Below, in pieces: positions 1 to 13,274 of a stretch of DNA of 44,454 nucleotides. Origin of the DNA: Octopus bimaculoides (lineage: Eukaryota). Location: assembly GCF_001194135.2 (NCBI RefSeq), contig NC_068982.1, forward strand, positions 27,038,689 through 27,083,142, read 5' to 3'. Position numbers and translations under genes: made by a program. The notes beneath the pieces were generated by a model. That model ran no database searches. It was not told the DNA's origin and saw only the letters and a list, made by a program, of their open reading frames with translations. Position 1 is the stretch's first letter. The number at the start of each line of letters is the position of its first letter.

Positions 1-2692
1 TATAATATAATATAATATAAATAGATAGTCATTCATGATACATATACCCACCCACACACATATATATAGTATTATGTAGAGATTGGAAGAAAATTACTCA
101 GCATATGTAATTGTTTTACTTTATTTGTTCAAAGCTGAATAATTGCTCAATTGCTTCTCTGAGTTTGTTGCTGTGTGCATTGCTTTCAATTACACTGCCT
201 GAATGAATGCATACAAGCAAGAAAGCAAGAAACCAACTCTCTCTCTCTTTCTGTCTGTGTGTCTCTCTCTCTTTACATTGTGTGTGTGAGAGAGAGACAG
301 AGAGAGAGAGAGAGCTACTGTGTTATTGTATCGCTTAGTTAAAGAAGTCCAAACTTGATATTGGCACTCTCTTGTACTGAAGCATTCTATACTAGACTGA
401 TTTGTGGCATATCATCTATAAACACATTTGCACCTCATCTTCAGATGCAAAGCTGCACCATTCCAAATATTATCCAAACATTCCAGCACTGAGTAATTCA
501 TACAAAATATTCTATTTATATTCTTTCATTTTCATTTCTCTTTTCCTCTCTTGTCTTTTTGTATCTCTATTTACTTATATATATATATATATTGGCAGGC
601 AGGTAAAATAGCACAAATGGAATGAGGGGAATAAGAGTTGGACATAACATGCACCCACATGTGTTTGTGTGTGTGTGATATTTATCTTTTGTACTGTTCT
701 ATTAAATATTCCCTGGTGGGAATGGTATTTAACTGGTGTGACATTTGTCTCTTTTCCAAGGACATTGGTAATGGAATTGGAGTGAAATAGTTACAAGCAA
801 GCAATTAAAACTGAGTGCTCTCCCCTCACTCTTTGGTCACCATTACTTTATAACTGTCTGTTGTGTGTGTATATGGGTGAGAGAGAAAAAGAGAGAGAGA
901 GAATGAATCAGAGACAAAGAATCATTACACACATACACACACACGCGCGCACATTTAATTTCATTCATGTCTTTAAACCTGACAGAAAAAAATAACTGCT
1001 ATCAATCTCACCATCTCTCTCTTTTTTTCTCCCTCCCACCTTTCCTCTTCCTTTCTTTTTCTCTCCCCGTATAGATATTTGTTCTTTCCCAGAATGACCT
1101 TTCTCTTCTCTTTCACTTTCCTTTTTTTTTTTTCTCCTTAACGTTTTTATTTAAACTGGCAAGTAAGTCATAGATACAAAGGAATGTCAAGTCAGATGTT
1201 TGTCTCACAGTGTACTGTGTTTGGTCTTTTTCAATATCTGCTTATAAAAAGATGTAAACAAAAGCATTTCTATTCACTCGGAACATTTCACTGGCCTCCT
1301 CATATGTGTTTGTGTGCGGTTTAACAGTAAAATGCATTGGGGAAACAAGGCAATTTATATTCATAAATATTAAATTTCTCTCCCTCTAAATATGTGTGTG
1401 TGTGTGTGTGTGTGTGTTAACAATAAATATTGAATAATAAAACCACTAGCATATAATTATCGTTTGACTATGTTTTACTATCCTACAAACTTTTTTTTTT
1501 CTTAACAATAGAATTGTATTTTATTCTTTTACTGGTTTCTGTCATTGGACAACAACCATCCTGAAATACTGCCCTCAAGGGTTTTTGTTAATTATGTATC
1601 AATTATGTATACTCTAGTATTTAGTCTGGTACTCGTTTTATCGATCTTTGTTTATCATAATGTTGAGTTAAGCTCATTTTTAGGAAATTACCTCCCCTTG
1701 GAAATACTAACGAGTCCTCCACTGAAATGGTTCATACTCTTTGTGTGTGTGTGTGTGTGTGTGAGTCGGAGGTAATTCACAAGGTATTGAGCAACCTAGG
1801 ACTATGGTGGAAGACACATGCTCAATGTGCAATGCAGTGAGATGGAATCCAGGACCACTTTTTGACAAAGTAAACTTCTTAACAACACTGTCATGCCTGT
1901 TCTCTAAAGTAAATATGTTATTTCACATCTATGTTTTAGTGATGCAGTTAATCATATTTTTTCTGATTGCCTGTCTGCCAGCTGATGTGCAAATTGTTTG
2001 TATTATATATGCTCATCCATCAGATATATTGAAACAGCTATACCTTCCTCCACAAATTTTGAAATTTCCAGAGTGCTAAAATCAATGAAATTATTTTTAT
2101 TAGCTTAAATATACGTAGGTCAATTCAGTTAACATGTCAACTGATTTGGGTGTTATTATTAGACACAGTAAAAATTTAATGGTTCAACAATTAAAAGATT
2201 ATGCTTCCATAATCTTTCACTAAGTTTTATTCAGCTGCCTTGCAATTAACACTCCCAGTCCTACTGTCTATCAACATTCAAGGTGAATCATTTGATCATA
2301 TAGATTGATTGATAGTGAATCAGGAAAATTATCTAACAAGCTGTAGCACACATGAATGAATTAATTCTGTATTCATCATTATTTGTAATGCTGATCTAAA
2401 ATAATTATTATACCAGACAGGTTCAACGTATAATGTATAAGGACTTCGACCTTGTTGGGTCTTACTCTGACTCAAGTGTAGTCAGATATTGATTGAAAAA
2501 ATTATAATTCTTGTCTTGGAATGGTGAATCTCGAAGCAGATAAAGCTACAAATAATAGCATGTAAATATTAGGTTAAGGAAAAAACACTTTGGATAGAAA
2601 ATCCACTGTTTAGAAGAGATGTGATTTTGTGTTCCATAGGCAGCTTTTGCCTTTTTCTACCTAGGTTTTTTAACTCAATTTTTACATGCTTT

Positions 2693-2910
2693 AAGGTGGC
2701 AAGTTGGCTGAATTGTTAACACACTGGGAAAAATGATTAGCAGTATCTTATCCACCTTTGCATTCTGAGTTCAAATTCTACTGAGGTCATCTTGGCCTTT
2801 CATCCTTTTGGGGGTCAATAAAAGAAGTACCACTTGAACATTAGGGTTGATGTAATCAACTTACTCTTTCCCAAAAAAACTGCTGACCTTATGCTAAATT
2901 TGAAACCATT
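2693..2910 (+). mobile_element. tRNA-derived SINE family A (B-box GAGTTCAAATTC), decayed copy
   Basis: Aligns by eye to the intact copies at 40657 and 43339; tail ends TTTGAAACCATT. Confidence 0.8.
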
Positions 2911-5900
2911 GGTCATAACTTTATCTGCTTCAAGATTCAATGTTCCAAGGAAGCTCAAAGTTTCTAAGTTCTTATGATGCCAACTCTGTGCATGCACGTG
3001 CGCGCGTGCATGCTGGTGTGGGTATGTGGTTAAAGCTTCCATAGTTATTCTTAAGTTTTTGTAGAATTTTTTAGAAAATTGTAATGTTGGCATTGTAATC
3101 TTTTTTTTTTAATGTTCTAAAGGTTTCTTGTAAATGCATGGTCAACTGATGGGAAACCGCTAAACTGAAAGAACATATATTGTTCTAACTACATTGAAGC
3201 TGAATAGGACCCAAATAGATTGAATCTATGATCCTTTTATCTGTAAAAAAACATTTAGTTGATTTTTAGTATTTGATTTCTAACTTTGGAACCAGACCAA
3301 ACATTTGTAGAGGATGGTACACAGTTGGATTCAACATGTATGCCGGATGAGCTACAATTTATATGACTGACAAAAATCACTTATACAGACAGTGAAATGC
3401 AATTAAAATGTTTTTCACAAATTAGTATGTAGCAACACAGTTTCTTTCAAATATTTCTCAAACTATAACTATCCAGCTTAATTTGGGGTTAAACATTTTT
3501 TTTTTTTGCCAATTGCAATGTCGACTGGATGAATATTGGTAAGTAAACAACTCTAACAAGAAAATGAAAACACACCAGTGATAAGATACAATCTGCACAT
3601 CACCTGGCAATCACGGAAATTTGATCACCTGTTATTCACTAAAATATACATGTAAACCAGCATATTTAATCAATAGAGAACAAGCATGGCTTTGTTGTTA
3701 AGAGTTTGCTTTGTGACAAACAGATCCTGGATTCTATTCCACAGGTACCGGGTTAACCAGCACCCTGAGCGTAAAATCTGGATAAATGAGAACTGTGTAG
3801 AAACCGAGTGAGGAGCATTTCTGTGAAAGTTTTTGTGATATTTCCAAAGGGAGGCAACTTCCTTAAAAACGGGTATCGTTTAACATAACCCCAGCCTTAT
3901 GATAAACAGAGATTGATGAGCACTAGTTATAAGAGTCATAACCCCAAATTATTTTATATAAAGGTTAGAAATAATATCTAATATAGAATTTGTGTACGGG
4001 TGTGTAGTTGTATGCATAAGAAAAAAAAATAAAGAAATACATTTGAATGTGAATGCAAGTGTGCTCCTATCATCAGTATTATTAACTGTGGAATGTTGTT
4101 AGATTAGCCATAAATTGAAAAATGTTACTCTTTCCTTGAGCTAAACTATTTATAGTTAAGTCTAGCTTGCTAGAGCTTAATGTGCTATAATAAATATTTA
4201 AGCAATATACAAGTTAACCTGAGATTAAACATATGCTGGGTGCAAAATAAGCAAAGCAAACAGATGCTTATTTTGTTTAGATAAGAAAACATAAATTTTT
4301 AACTGGAATATCTGAGTTCCACAACACAATGAAATGAAGGCTCCAATGGAAACAATAACTTAAGTATCACTTAAATAAACTCATATGAATTGTTATTAAA
4401 TATTTATAAATTTAGTTTCCTTCTTAAAGTTTTCTTGTATGGGACGTTTTTTTTTTATATTATTTATTTTTATTGTTTTTGCCAGTATCTTTTAAGTTGT
4501 ATACCTTGTATGAATATGGCTTTGTTGAATTTAATAAATATTTAATATTTCACTAATTTTCTAGTTAAAATTAAGCCATCTGTGATAACTCACCCGAGGT
4601 ATTTAAGGACTAGATCTTGGGCTGTTTTTTTATTGTTTTATTTTTTATTATTATTATCATTATTTTGAGGTAGTAAGGGGTTCATTTATGGGTGAAAATA
4701 TGGTAGTTAAATGGCCAAATAAGGAACTTAGGTAGATGTTCCTTCATTAATTGTTCTATTTCAAAAATTCTTTAACATATCAAGAGGTTGTTGGATACAG
4801 TTTCCTCTCTTATTGTGTTTTGATCATCCATAGTTGAGCAGATTTACAATTAGGTTTCCTATGTTATAATTTGTTATCAGTCTGATGTGTTCTTCCTGAA
4901 ATGCTCTATTCCATGCAGTCTTACAACACATCCTAAATAATATCATAGTTTCCTTGTCGACTGCTTTTGAAGGACTTTAAAGCCTATAAGGTACTGAAGA
5001 AAATAAAACTTTGCTGTTTAAAAAACATTCTAATGCTGCTTTATTTTTTAGTTTATTAACATTTATTGAAATAAGAAATATTTTACCATGCTACACATTA
5101 CTGTTTCCCACTGCTTATTCAACTGACAACAAGTTAGACTATTAAACCAGTTTGAATTAGCCTGAAATGAATTTAAGACGAGGCAATGGCAAGTCTTTCT
5201 CATGGGTGGTACCAAATCATACATAAAAGAAATAGAAATACTTTTGAGCAATCATTTAAGAGCCTTTTAGAATTTCATATTCCTAAAATGTGTGAGTGTT
5301 TGTGTCATGTATGTATATATATATGGATAGTTGTATGTATGAATGAAATGGATCTTTCATCAGTCTCAGCAATGCATGTTCTAGTTGTCTGCACAGATAC
5401 TTGTACCTTCAATGTACTCCTCAGGCAGAATCAGAGTGACACAATGTCACAGGTGAAACCCATTGAATTACAGGTACCATTCATTTCATAGGTTTCTCCA
5501 GTTTCTGTGTAACCAATTTCACTTTCAAGGTTCAAGTTAAGCTGAACTTTAAAGGAACTTGCCAAAGATGCTATGCACTGGTGTTGAACTTCATGATTGC
5601 AAAGCAAGCTCTTTAACCTACTTATATAGATGCAAAGTTGTTCCTAACATATTTAAGGGAAAGGCAATCAAATGTGACATTCGGCTCACAAGAGTAGTAG
5701 TCACATACGTGAAAGCAATCTAACTAGGAATTAAAACTAGTTTGTAGAATCAGTTGACACAATATTAACTACAACAGATTGGATTAAGTTCTCTAAGCTT
5801 CTTACCATTGTAGACAAAATAAAACATAATAAATATAAACCAAAGTTAACAGTATGTGTTAACATTGCTACTATCAAGATCAATGAACAGATGTTTCATT

Positions 5901-5941
5901 CAAAATGCATCAGCTCAATGCTATATACATATACATATATA

Positions 5942-6084
5942 TCATCATCATCATCATCATCGTTTAACGTCCACTTTCCATGCTAGCATGGGTTGGACGA
6001 TTTGACTGAGGACTGGTGCAACCGGATGGCTACACCAGGCTCCAATCTAATTTGGCAGAGTTTCTACAGCTGGATGCCCTTCCT

Positions 6085-6087
<3 letters not shown>
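5942..6087 (-). mobile_element. RTE-type LINE 3' end (family D), 5'-truncated, inserted in TA-rich microsatellite
   Basis: (GAT)n tail and GGAAGGGCATCCAGCTGTAGAAAC motif; near-identical to the copies at 13011, 18029 and 22034. Confidence 0.85.

Positions 6088-6125
<38 letters not shown>
6088..6125. repeat. (AT)n microsatellite
   Basis: Direct reading. Confidence 0.98.
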
Positions 6126-6127
<2 letters not shown>

Positions 6128-7214
6128 AAAATTACGTCTGGTTTACTTACTGTTATATATTATTAGAGAATATTTTATATAGTTTTTTTCCCCCCCTCAC
6201 TAAATATACATGAGTAAAATTGTTATAATCTTTAGCTTATTTCAACATTTGGTTGATTACTTGTGAACTAGACTATACTGACAGTGTAAAAGTACTAGTA
6301 AATGAATATAGTGATGATAGTGGTTGGCAACAGCAATGGTGACATGAGTATCATTCATTGTTGTACAGACTTTGCTGTGTGGTCCGATAGATTTGCAGTC
6401 ATATGGTTCTGGCTTTGATTCTACTGAATATCACCTTGAGCAAGTTTCTGCTATCTTAACCTCAGGTTGATCCAAACTTTGTCAGTAAGAATGAGTAAAA
6501 GAAAACTGTGGAAACCCACAAGTTGGATTGAACCTGTTCTTACCTGCTTAGACTTAATCTGTTACTTGTTTTAATATTATCACCTAATGTTTCTAGCAGA
6601 GCCCACTTGATTTCAAGTATTTGGTCAAAAGCTTCTATGTAGTCATCCCTTTGCCCACCAGTCTTTGAGGCACCCCATTGGAAGTTTAAATACCCTGTCT
6701 TTCTTTTCATGCACTCATATGAAGAGAGCGGGTGTGTGTACCTGTGTTTGAGTACACTAGTGTTAATACATGGTACTATTTTTTACTGTATCTCTCACGG
6801 GGTAAGGGCAGTGCCCACGATACTTTTCAGGGCCTCAAAAACTAGTGAAAAGGAAAAAGGATAGAATCTTGAAATTAGGGGCCTGGACCAAATACTTAAA
6901 ACAGAGTAGACTATCATGTAAGCAGGACAAGGTGGGATTTGGTATAAAATTTCTACTTCCAGTACTTTTCTTTCTGCATAAAAAATCTAGCTTGAATGTA
7001 TTTATGTGTGTATTTATATGAATGTTAGTGTATGCATGTGTTTGTTTCTCTCTCTCTCAGCAGCCATTGCCAATTGATTAAAAGGTTCTGTTTGCAATCA
7101 CAAGGTCCTGGATTTGATCCTGCTGCAAGGTATCTTGAGTAAGGGACTTCAACCATAGCTTTGTGTTGAATTAAACCTTGTAAGAGAAATTGTGTAGTGG
7201 AGTAGCTAGCTTAT

Positions 7215-7575
7215 CAGAGAATAATTTTTTGAGGCCAATTTTCTACAACCAGATGCCTTTCCTGTTTCCAAGGAAGGTAATATTTCCCCATGGAAAGACA
7301 TGTTTTCACAGAAGATAAGAAACAAAGAACACTCATTTACCATTATCATGCAATGTCAAGACAAGGAGACAGTAACACATACACACACGCACACACGCAT
7401 GCACGTACTCACACACACACACATATGATAACTTCAGTTTCCAGTTACCAGATTCATTCACAAAGCTTTGGTTGAGTTAGGGCTACAGTAAAAGATATTT
7501 GTCCAAGATGCTGCACAGTGGAGCAGAACATGAAACCATATGATCGACAAGCAAGCTTTTCAACCACGTAGCCAT
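7215..7575 (-). mobile_element. tRNA-derived SINE family C with RTE-like tail, decayed
   Basis: tRNA-like head at ~7575, central CCTTGGGCAAGTGTCTT-like domain, (GT)n spacer, GGAAGGGCATC-like tail motif. Confidence 0.65.
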
Positions 7576-7924
7576 ATCTGTGCCTGTATGTATGTGGATG
7601 CGTGTGTGTGTGTGTTGCTAGATAATTAGCAATCAACTAGCGTACTAAAGTTTCACACTCATTCAAAACATCTGCAAGCTTTCAGATGTTTTCATGACAT
7701 GGCATCTGAGTGATCAAAGACTTTCTGCAGGCAGAATATCAACTGTTTATGTATAAATGTAAACGCTACACAATGTGGTCTTCCTTATCAATTGTATACA
7801 TAAACAAACACTCACACATATGCACAAATATACGTAAGTATAAGCTCTGCTTCTCCATAGTTTCTGACAACCTCATTTCACTCACAAAGCATTGGTTTGT
7901 TCAAATTTGCTAAAAGTACAAATA

Positions 7925-8390
7925 CATAATAATAATAATAACAATAATAATAATCCTTTCTATTAAAGGCACAAGGCCTGAAATTTGGGGTGGGGGAGAG
8001 AAGCTGATTGCATCGCCCCCCCCCCTCTCAATCCCCAGTGTTTCATTGGTACTTAATTTATCAACTCCAAAGGGATGAAAAGCGAAGTTGGCCTCAGTGG
8101 AATTTGAACTCAGAACGTAAAGATGGATGAAATGCTTCTAAACATTTCACCTGGTGTGCTAACGATTCTGCCCCATCACACTGCCTTAATAATAGTAATA
8201 ATAATAAAAATAATTCTTTCTACTGTAAACACAAAGCCAGAAATTTTGTGGGAGGGGATAAGTTGATTACATTGGCCCTTGGGGCACAAAAGGATGAAAG
8301 ACAATGTTGATCTCAGCAGAATTTGTACTCAGAATGCAAAGATGAAATGCCATTAAGCATTTTGCTTGGTGTGCTAATGATTCTGTTAGC

Positions 8391-8425
<35 letters not shown>

Positions 8426-8638
8426 CCTTTCTACTAAAGGCACAAGGTCTGAAATTTGGGGGAGGGGGATGGTCAATTACATCAACCCCAATGTTTTACT
8501 GGTACTTAATTTATCAACCCCGGAAGGATGAAAGGCAAAGTTGACCTCGGTAGGATTTGAACTCAGACCATAGCGACAGGTGAAATACTGCTATGCATTT
8601 CATCCAGCATGTTAACGATTCTACCAGCTCACTGCCTT
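7925..8638 (-). mobile_element. Three head-to-tail family A SINEs separated by (TTA)n tails
   Basis: Units ~7925-8187, 8188-8390 and 8391-8638. Each has a TTGAACTCAGA-like reverse B-box and an AATAATAAT array. Confidence 0.85.
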
Positions 8639-8676
8639 TAATAATATTAATAATAATAATATTTTCAAAAAATAAA

Positions 8677-8740
8677 CAGGAGTGGCTGTGTGGTAAGTAG
8701 CTTGCTTACCAACCACATGGTTCCGGGTTCAGTCCCACTG
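8677..8740 (+). mobile_element. Family C SINE tRNA-like head only (3'-truncated)
   Basis: GGAGTGGCTGTGTGGTAAG..GGGTTCAGTCCCACTG with A- and B-box-like motifs; the body is absent. Confidence 0.7.
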
Positions 8741-8878
8741 TGTTTTTTCTCTTGTCAATATATCTGCTCACAGCCTTATTTTCCTTTGTCATCTGTTCTA
8801 GGTTCTTTGAAAGTCAAGCTAATATAACATTCATTTATTTCTTCTGTGGACTTGCATTGTAGAAACACACACACATCA

Positions 8879-8956
8879 CATAGTGATTCAGAAGTCCTTT
8901 TAGCATGTAAAGACTATATAAAGTGAAAATACTAGAAGGACTTTTGAATAACCCTG
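8879..8956. mobile_element. 78-bp Tc1/mariner-type MITE
   Basis: Imperfect ~25-bp TIRs (CATAGTGATTCAGAAGTCCTT.. vs CAGGGTTATTCAAAAGTCCTT.. on the other strand); TA on the right, CA on the left. Confidence 0.6.
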
Positions 8957-8989
8957 TATACATCTAACTACACAAACAGTTTGTGTATG

Positions 8990-10140
8990 TATTACATTTC
9001 ATATATATATGTCTCATAGGATTCATGCAGAGTACTGAATAGCACTTTGCTATAACTCCAATTCCAAAATAGGGCCTCAATTCCAATATCCTTCAACATC
9101 TTGGGTAGCAGTTTGGGTGTTGTGCCTGGTGCATCTATTACCACAAGGACTGCCGTCACCTTTGTGCTCCACAATCTCTACTTCTATCTTTGGTTAGGTT
9201 ATGATGTTTCTTAATTTTCTCAATTTCTTTGCTATCTGCTCTGTTATCATGTGGTATTGCAAAGTCTATGATCTAATACAGTTTGCTCTTTCTGTCCTGT
9301 ATCAATATATCAAGTCTCCTTCCTTCAATAGTATCGTCAGTTTCTATAGAGACTGTTGATACTGATGTAGCCAGAAAACCTCTGGCTTGTATTCATACCT
9401 CTTTTCCATCACTTCAGATCAACCAACTAGCAGCCCAACACACTCTTCTACCAGTATAGTCATACTTGTGCTTATACTCTTTTTGCACTAGCTTACTCCA
9501 TTCAGTTTTCTGCATGTTCTGTATTTGCTTTCTGACTGGGTTTTATCAGTTGTTATCTTTATTGAGTTGAATCATATGGCTTATTCCTGAAACTGGTTCA
9601 GTTTCTCATTTCAGGTTCCTATCTGTTAGCCACAGCCAGCGTTCTTTACTTCCGACATCCTCAGTTTGTAGGACTAATAGCTGTGTAATTTCTTCTCTTT
9701 CCAGCTATTAGTCCTACAGTCCTCCTTTCTGTTCTTGAATTCTTCTACTGTTTCTGTGGATTTTTGGATATTTCTAACTACAGATGATATTCTTTCTTCA
9801 CTGTGTACAACATAGTTTTTCAAACTCAATATCACCGTATTGATGGTGTCTTCTGCATTTAACAAATCTCTGTCTCCTTCCCTTCTTGGTGAGTAGAGCT
9901 TCTCAATATTACATTATGCATTGTGAAAAGCTTCTTAGTTCTGTCCAATTCCTGTAGCTTGTATTTGCCCACTTTAGAAAAGGAGCAAAATCTTTCAACA
10001 ATAGCATGGGACACATTTTGCCTTGTAACTAATTCTTCTTTTGTACACTTTAGAGACTTTATTTGTTGTTTCTTTTTGCATTACCTTATCACCCTGTAGC
10101 ATCCCTAGATACTTCTATCCCTTGTTATTTCCCAGCAATC
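8990..10140 (-). mobile_element. Degenerate R4/Dong-clade non-LTR retrotransposon (RT C-terminus, Zn-knuckle region, restriction-like endonuclease)
   Basis: Broken minus-strand peptides: KYLGMLQGDK, LLNAEDTINTVILSLKNYVVHSEER..SWKEKKLH, SKLVQKEYKHKYD, IETDDTIEGRRLDI, IDFAIP, LWSTKVTAVLVVIDAPGTTPK. These match RLE-clade motifs. Confidence 0.75.
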
Positions 10141-10169
10141 TATGATCTTGTATCTTTATAGTATCAGAT

Positions 10170-10380
10170 TTAACCCTTTAGCCTTTAGATTGCTCTGTCA
10201 AACGTAATGCTTATTTATTCACATTGTTTTGAATTGGTTATGCATTCTCTTGTGATTTCAAGATTCCAATGATATGACTTTATTTTTAGAATGATATTGT
10301 TGAGTAGGTGTGAGAGGTCAGATCTGGCTGGTTTCAAAATGAAACAGATAGAATACTTTGGCAGGATATGCCCATTTTAA
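10170..10380. mobile_element. piggyBac-like MITE (TTAA-CCCT start), right end eroded
   Basis: Starts TTAACCCTTTAG; no coding content; right terminus degenerate. Confidence 0.45.
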
Positions 10381-11823
10381 AACTGTCAACCTCTCTTTAT
10401 AATTAAAACTGCACACTTATCCACCTTGCTAAATATTCTTACTACTTGGACCAGAGAATGTAGATCATTTTCATTTTTGATGTATAGTTTGAGGGCATTC
10501 ATATATAGCAAATAGTTTATTTTCACTTTGGTTTTTAGCAAAAGAAAGATCTGGATTTTCTCAGTATACTTGTCTGAGGAATTAATCCAGTCATGAAAAG
10601 CAATGGAAGAATGAGTGTTCCTAAAATATTTCTTTCTATATTTTCACACTCCCTAAGAAATCATGTTTGCATTTTGGTTCTGTTTCCCATGATTTCATCG
10701 CTTTCTAAAAAACGAAAAAAAAAATCTATTATTGTTGGCTTGATGGATTGAGAGTTAAGTATCTTGGTTAAGGACAACCCATAATAGAAATATCCTTCAG
10801 GTGGTGAATATGGCTCTTTGTATCTTATACCCTTAATTTATGATAAAACAGTTGAATTTTATGGAACTAATAATGTTTTGTTTTAATAGATAACATGAAA
10901 TAGTGGAAAATATTTTATGCTGTGAGGGTAAAATAAATTTTATAGAATAGAAAAGAACCCTTCAATGGGCTCTGCCTGATATTCTAAAGTTGTCTTTTTC
11001 GTCTTGGTATAAGAATTCCGTTGATTGGACATTTAATCTGTAATATAGACACATATGTGAAGATACATTTTACCATGTCAAAGAGCAGAAACAGTATATG
11101 GCTTATGAGCATGCTACCCACAAGGAAAATATATCTCCCAGCTGCATAGGACATTACACACTGGCATAAAGTTCTCATTTGTTTTGAGATCTATCTCTCA
11201 AATTTGCAAGCAAAATAAAATAAAAATACCAAGAAAGAAAGTAAAATTGCTAAGTAAAAGAGTAATGATTGAGTTGTCTTCTTATTGGTGCATTGCCAAG
11301 AGTTCAAATCCTGATACAATAGCATGTCCTTGTGCTCCTAAGTAAAGCACATCATTACTCCAGTTCTCTCTGCCTAGTTAACTGAAAATTGAGAACATGA
11401 ACATTTCTAAGTCAAATCTTTAACATTAGAAAGATTACCAAGCTGTAAAGGAAGAAAAACAAAAAAAAAAAAATTAAGAGAGTGAAAGAGAGCTGGGGAA
11501 GAAACATTAGCTCATACAGTTTTTGTTAATTAACGGAAACTCTTTAACCTTATCTTCCCATTTAATGTCTATTTTTATATTTGTTTTGTGTATGCTTCCA
11601 TCTATTATCAAAGTGACTTGGCTAAGTAACTGTGTGGCATTGATGCTAATTGTAGGGAGAGAAAGAGAACCAGATTAGATGATTCGTTGTATCTAGCTTG
11701 TCTGCCTTTCCTTTCATTTGTCTAGGGTCAGTGATATAAGTATTAGTAAGATACTATCATTCATTTAATGAATATAATCTATCTCCTTACAAAATGGCAT
11801 TGTACTTAATCAAAATAATTCAT

Positions 11824-12029
11824 NNNNNNNNNNNNNNNNNNNNNNNNNNNNNNNNNNNNNNNNNNNNNNNNNNNNNNNNNNNNNNNNNNNNNNNNNNNNN
11901 NNNNNNNNNNNNNNNNNNNNNNNNNNNNNNNNNNNNNNNNNNNNNNNNNNNNNNNNNNNNNNNNNNNNNNNNNNNNNNNNNNNNNNNNNNNNNNNNNNNN
12001 NNNNNNNNNNNNNNNNNNNNNNNNNNNNN
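11824..12029. other. Assembly gap
   Basis: Run of N. Confidence 1.
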
Positions 12030-12169
12030 TATATATATATTGTGATAACAGATAATTTTGATTGAGTATAAGCCACACACACGTGTATGTATGCATCATA
12101 TATATTATATATACATGTGTATGTATATAAATATATATGTATGAATTTAGTTTTTTATATATATAAACA

Positions 12170-12484
12170 TGGAGGCGCAATGGCCCAGTGGTTAGGGCAG
12201 CAGACTCGCGGTCAAAGGATCGTGGTTTCAATTCCCAGACCGGGCGTTGTGTGTCTTTATTGAGCGAAAACACCTAAAGCTCCACGAGGCTCTGGCAGGG
12301 GGTGGTGGTGACTCCTGTTGTACTCTTTCGCCCCAACTTTCTCCCACTCTTTCTTCCTGTTTCTTGAGTAACACTGCGATGGACTGGCATCCCGTCCAAC
12401 TGGGGGTGGGGAACACATACACCATAGAAACTGGGCTCATGAGCCTGGCTAGGCTTTTAAAGGGCACATAAATAAATAAAATAA
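12170..12484 (+). mobile_element. tRNA-derived SINE family B, tail type 1, with 13-bp TSD
   Basis: Head GGAGGCGCAATGGCCCAGTGGTTAGGGC; GCGATGGACTGGCATCCCGTCC domain; (AAAT)n tail; ATATATATAAACA at 12157-12169 and 12485-12497. Confidence 0.85.
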
Positions 12485-13010
12485 ATATATATAAACACGT
12501 ATAAAAATACATGCATACACACGCATATGTATACATGTGTGTGTGTGTGTCCTGCAACCACAAAAGTTGGAAGAGGGAGCAGCAGCAGTTGACTGGAGAA
12601 CTGCAGCTAAGACACTGAATGCTGGTACATGTATTTCTTCAAAGAGCTGTCCTGGGCAGCAGCACATCTCATTATGATAAGGTACAAGGAAAAGACACGA
12701 TGCTTCTTATTCGGACTGAAGAGTGAGCATCTACTGCCAAGGAGCAAGCCAGGAAATGTGTTTTGGTGTGGCACCAGGCTGCACATGCACACACACACCA
12801 AGGTTCTTTGAGTTTCAATCTATCAAATTTCACTAACAATGCATTGATCAGTCTGCGGTTATTGTTGAAGACATCAGCTGACAGTGCCTATGTTGTAGGC
12901 AGACACTCTGAACCCTGAAATTTCCAATTTATTACAAACTGTAGCATCACAAATCATTGTTCCTGGCTTCACTTTGCTAATCCATCAGTCTGTGTATAAT
13001 TGTGTATATG

Positions 13011-13155
13011 GCGTTAGGAAGAGCATCCAACTGTAGAAACTGCCAAATCAGATTGGAGGCTGGTGTGGCCATCTGGTTTCACCAGTCCTCAGTCAAATCG
13101 TCCAACCCATGCTAGCATGGAAAGCGGACGTTAAACGACGATGATGATGATGATG
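13011..13155 (+). mobile_element. RTE-type LINE 3' end (family D)
   Basis: GCGTTAGGAAGAGCATCC..GCATGGAAAGCGGACGTTAAACGAC(GAT)n. Confidence 0.85.
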
Positions 13156-13274
13156 TACATATGTGTATAAATGCATACATACATACACATATGTTTTCTT
13201 TTATTTATTTGTATAATTGTGTATATGTACATGTGTGTATAAATGCATACATACATACACATATATTTTTTCTA

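Noticed and set aside
12170-12245. tRNA-like sequences (also 8677, 35058, 40657, 41710-41772) as tRNA genes
   Set aside because: No complete cloverleaf. They run into multi-copy SINE bodies, and some have TSDs.
11794-12273. ORFs spanning N runs (also 15671-15969 and 42779-43027)
   Set aside because: Artefacts of assembly gaps and adjacent microsatellites.
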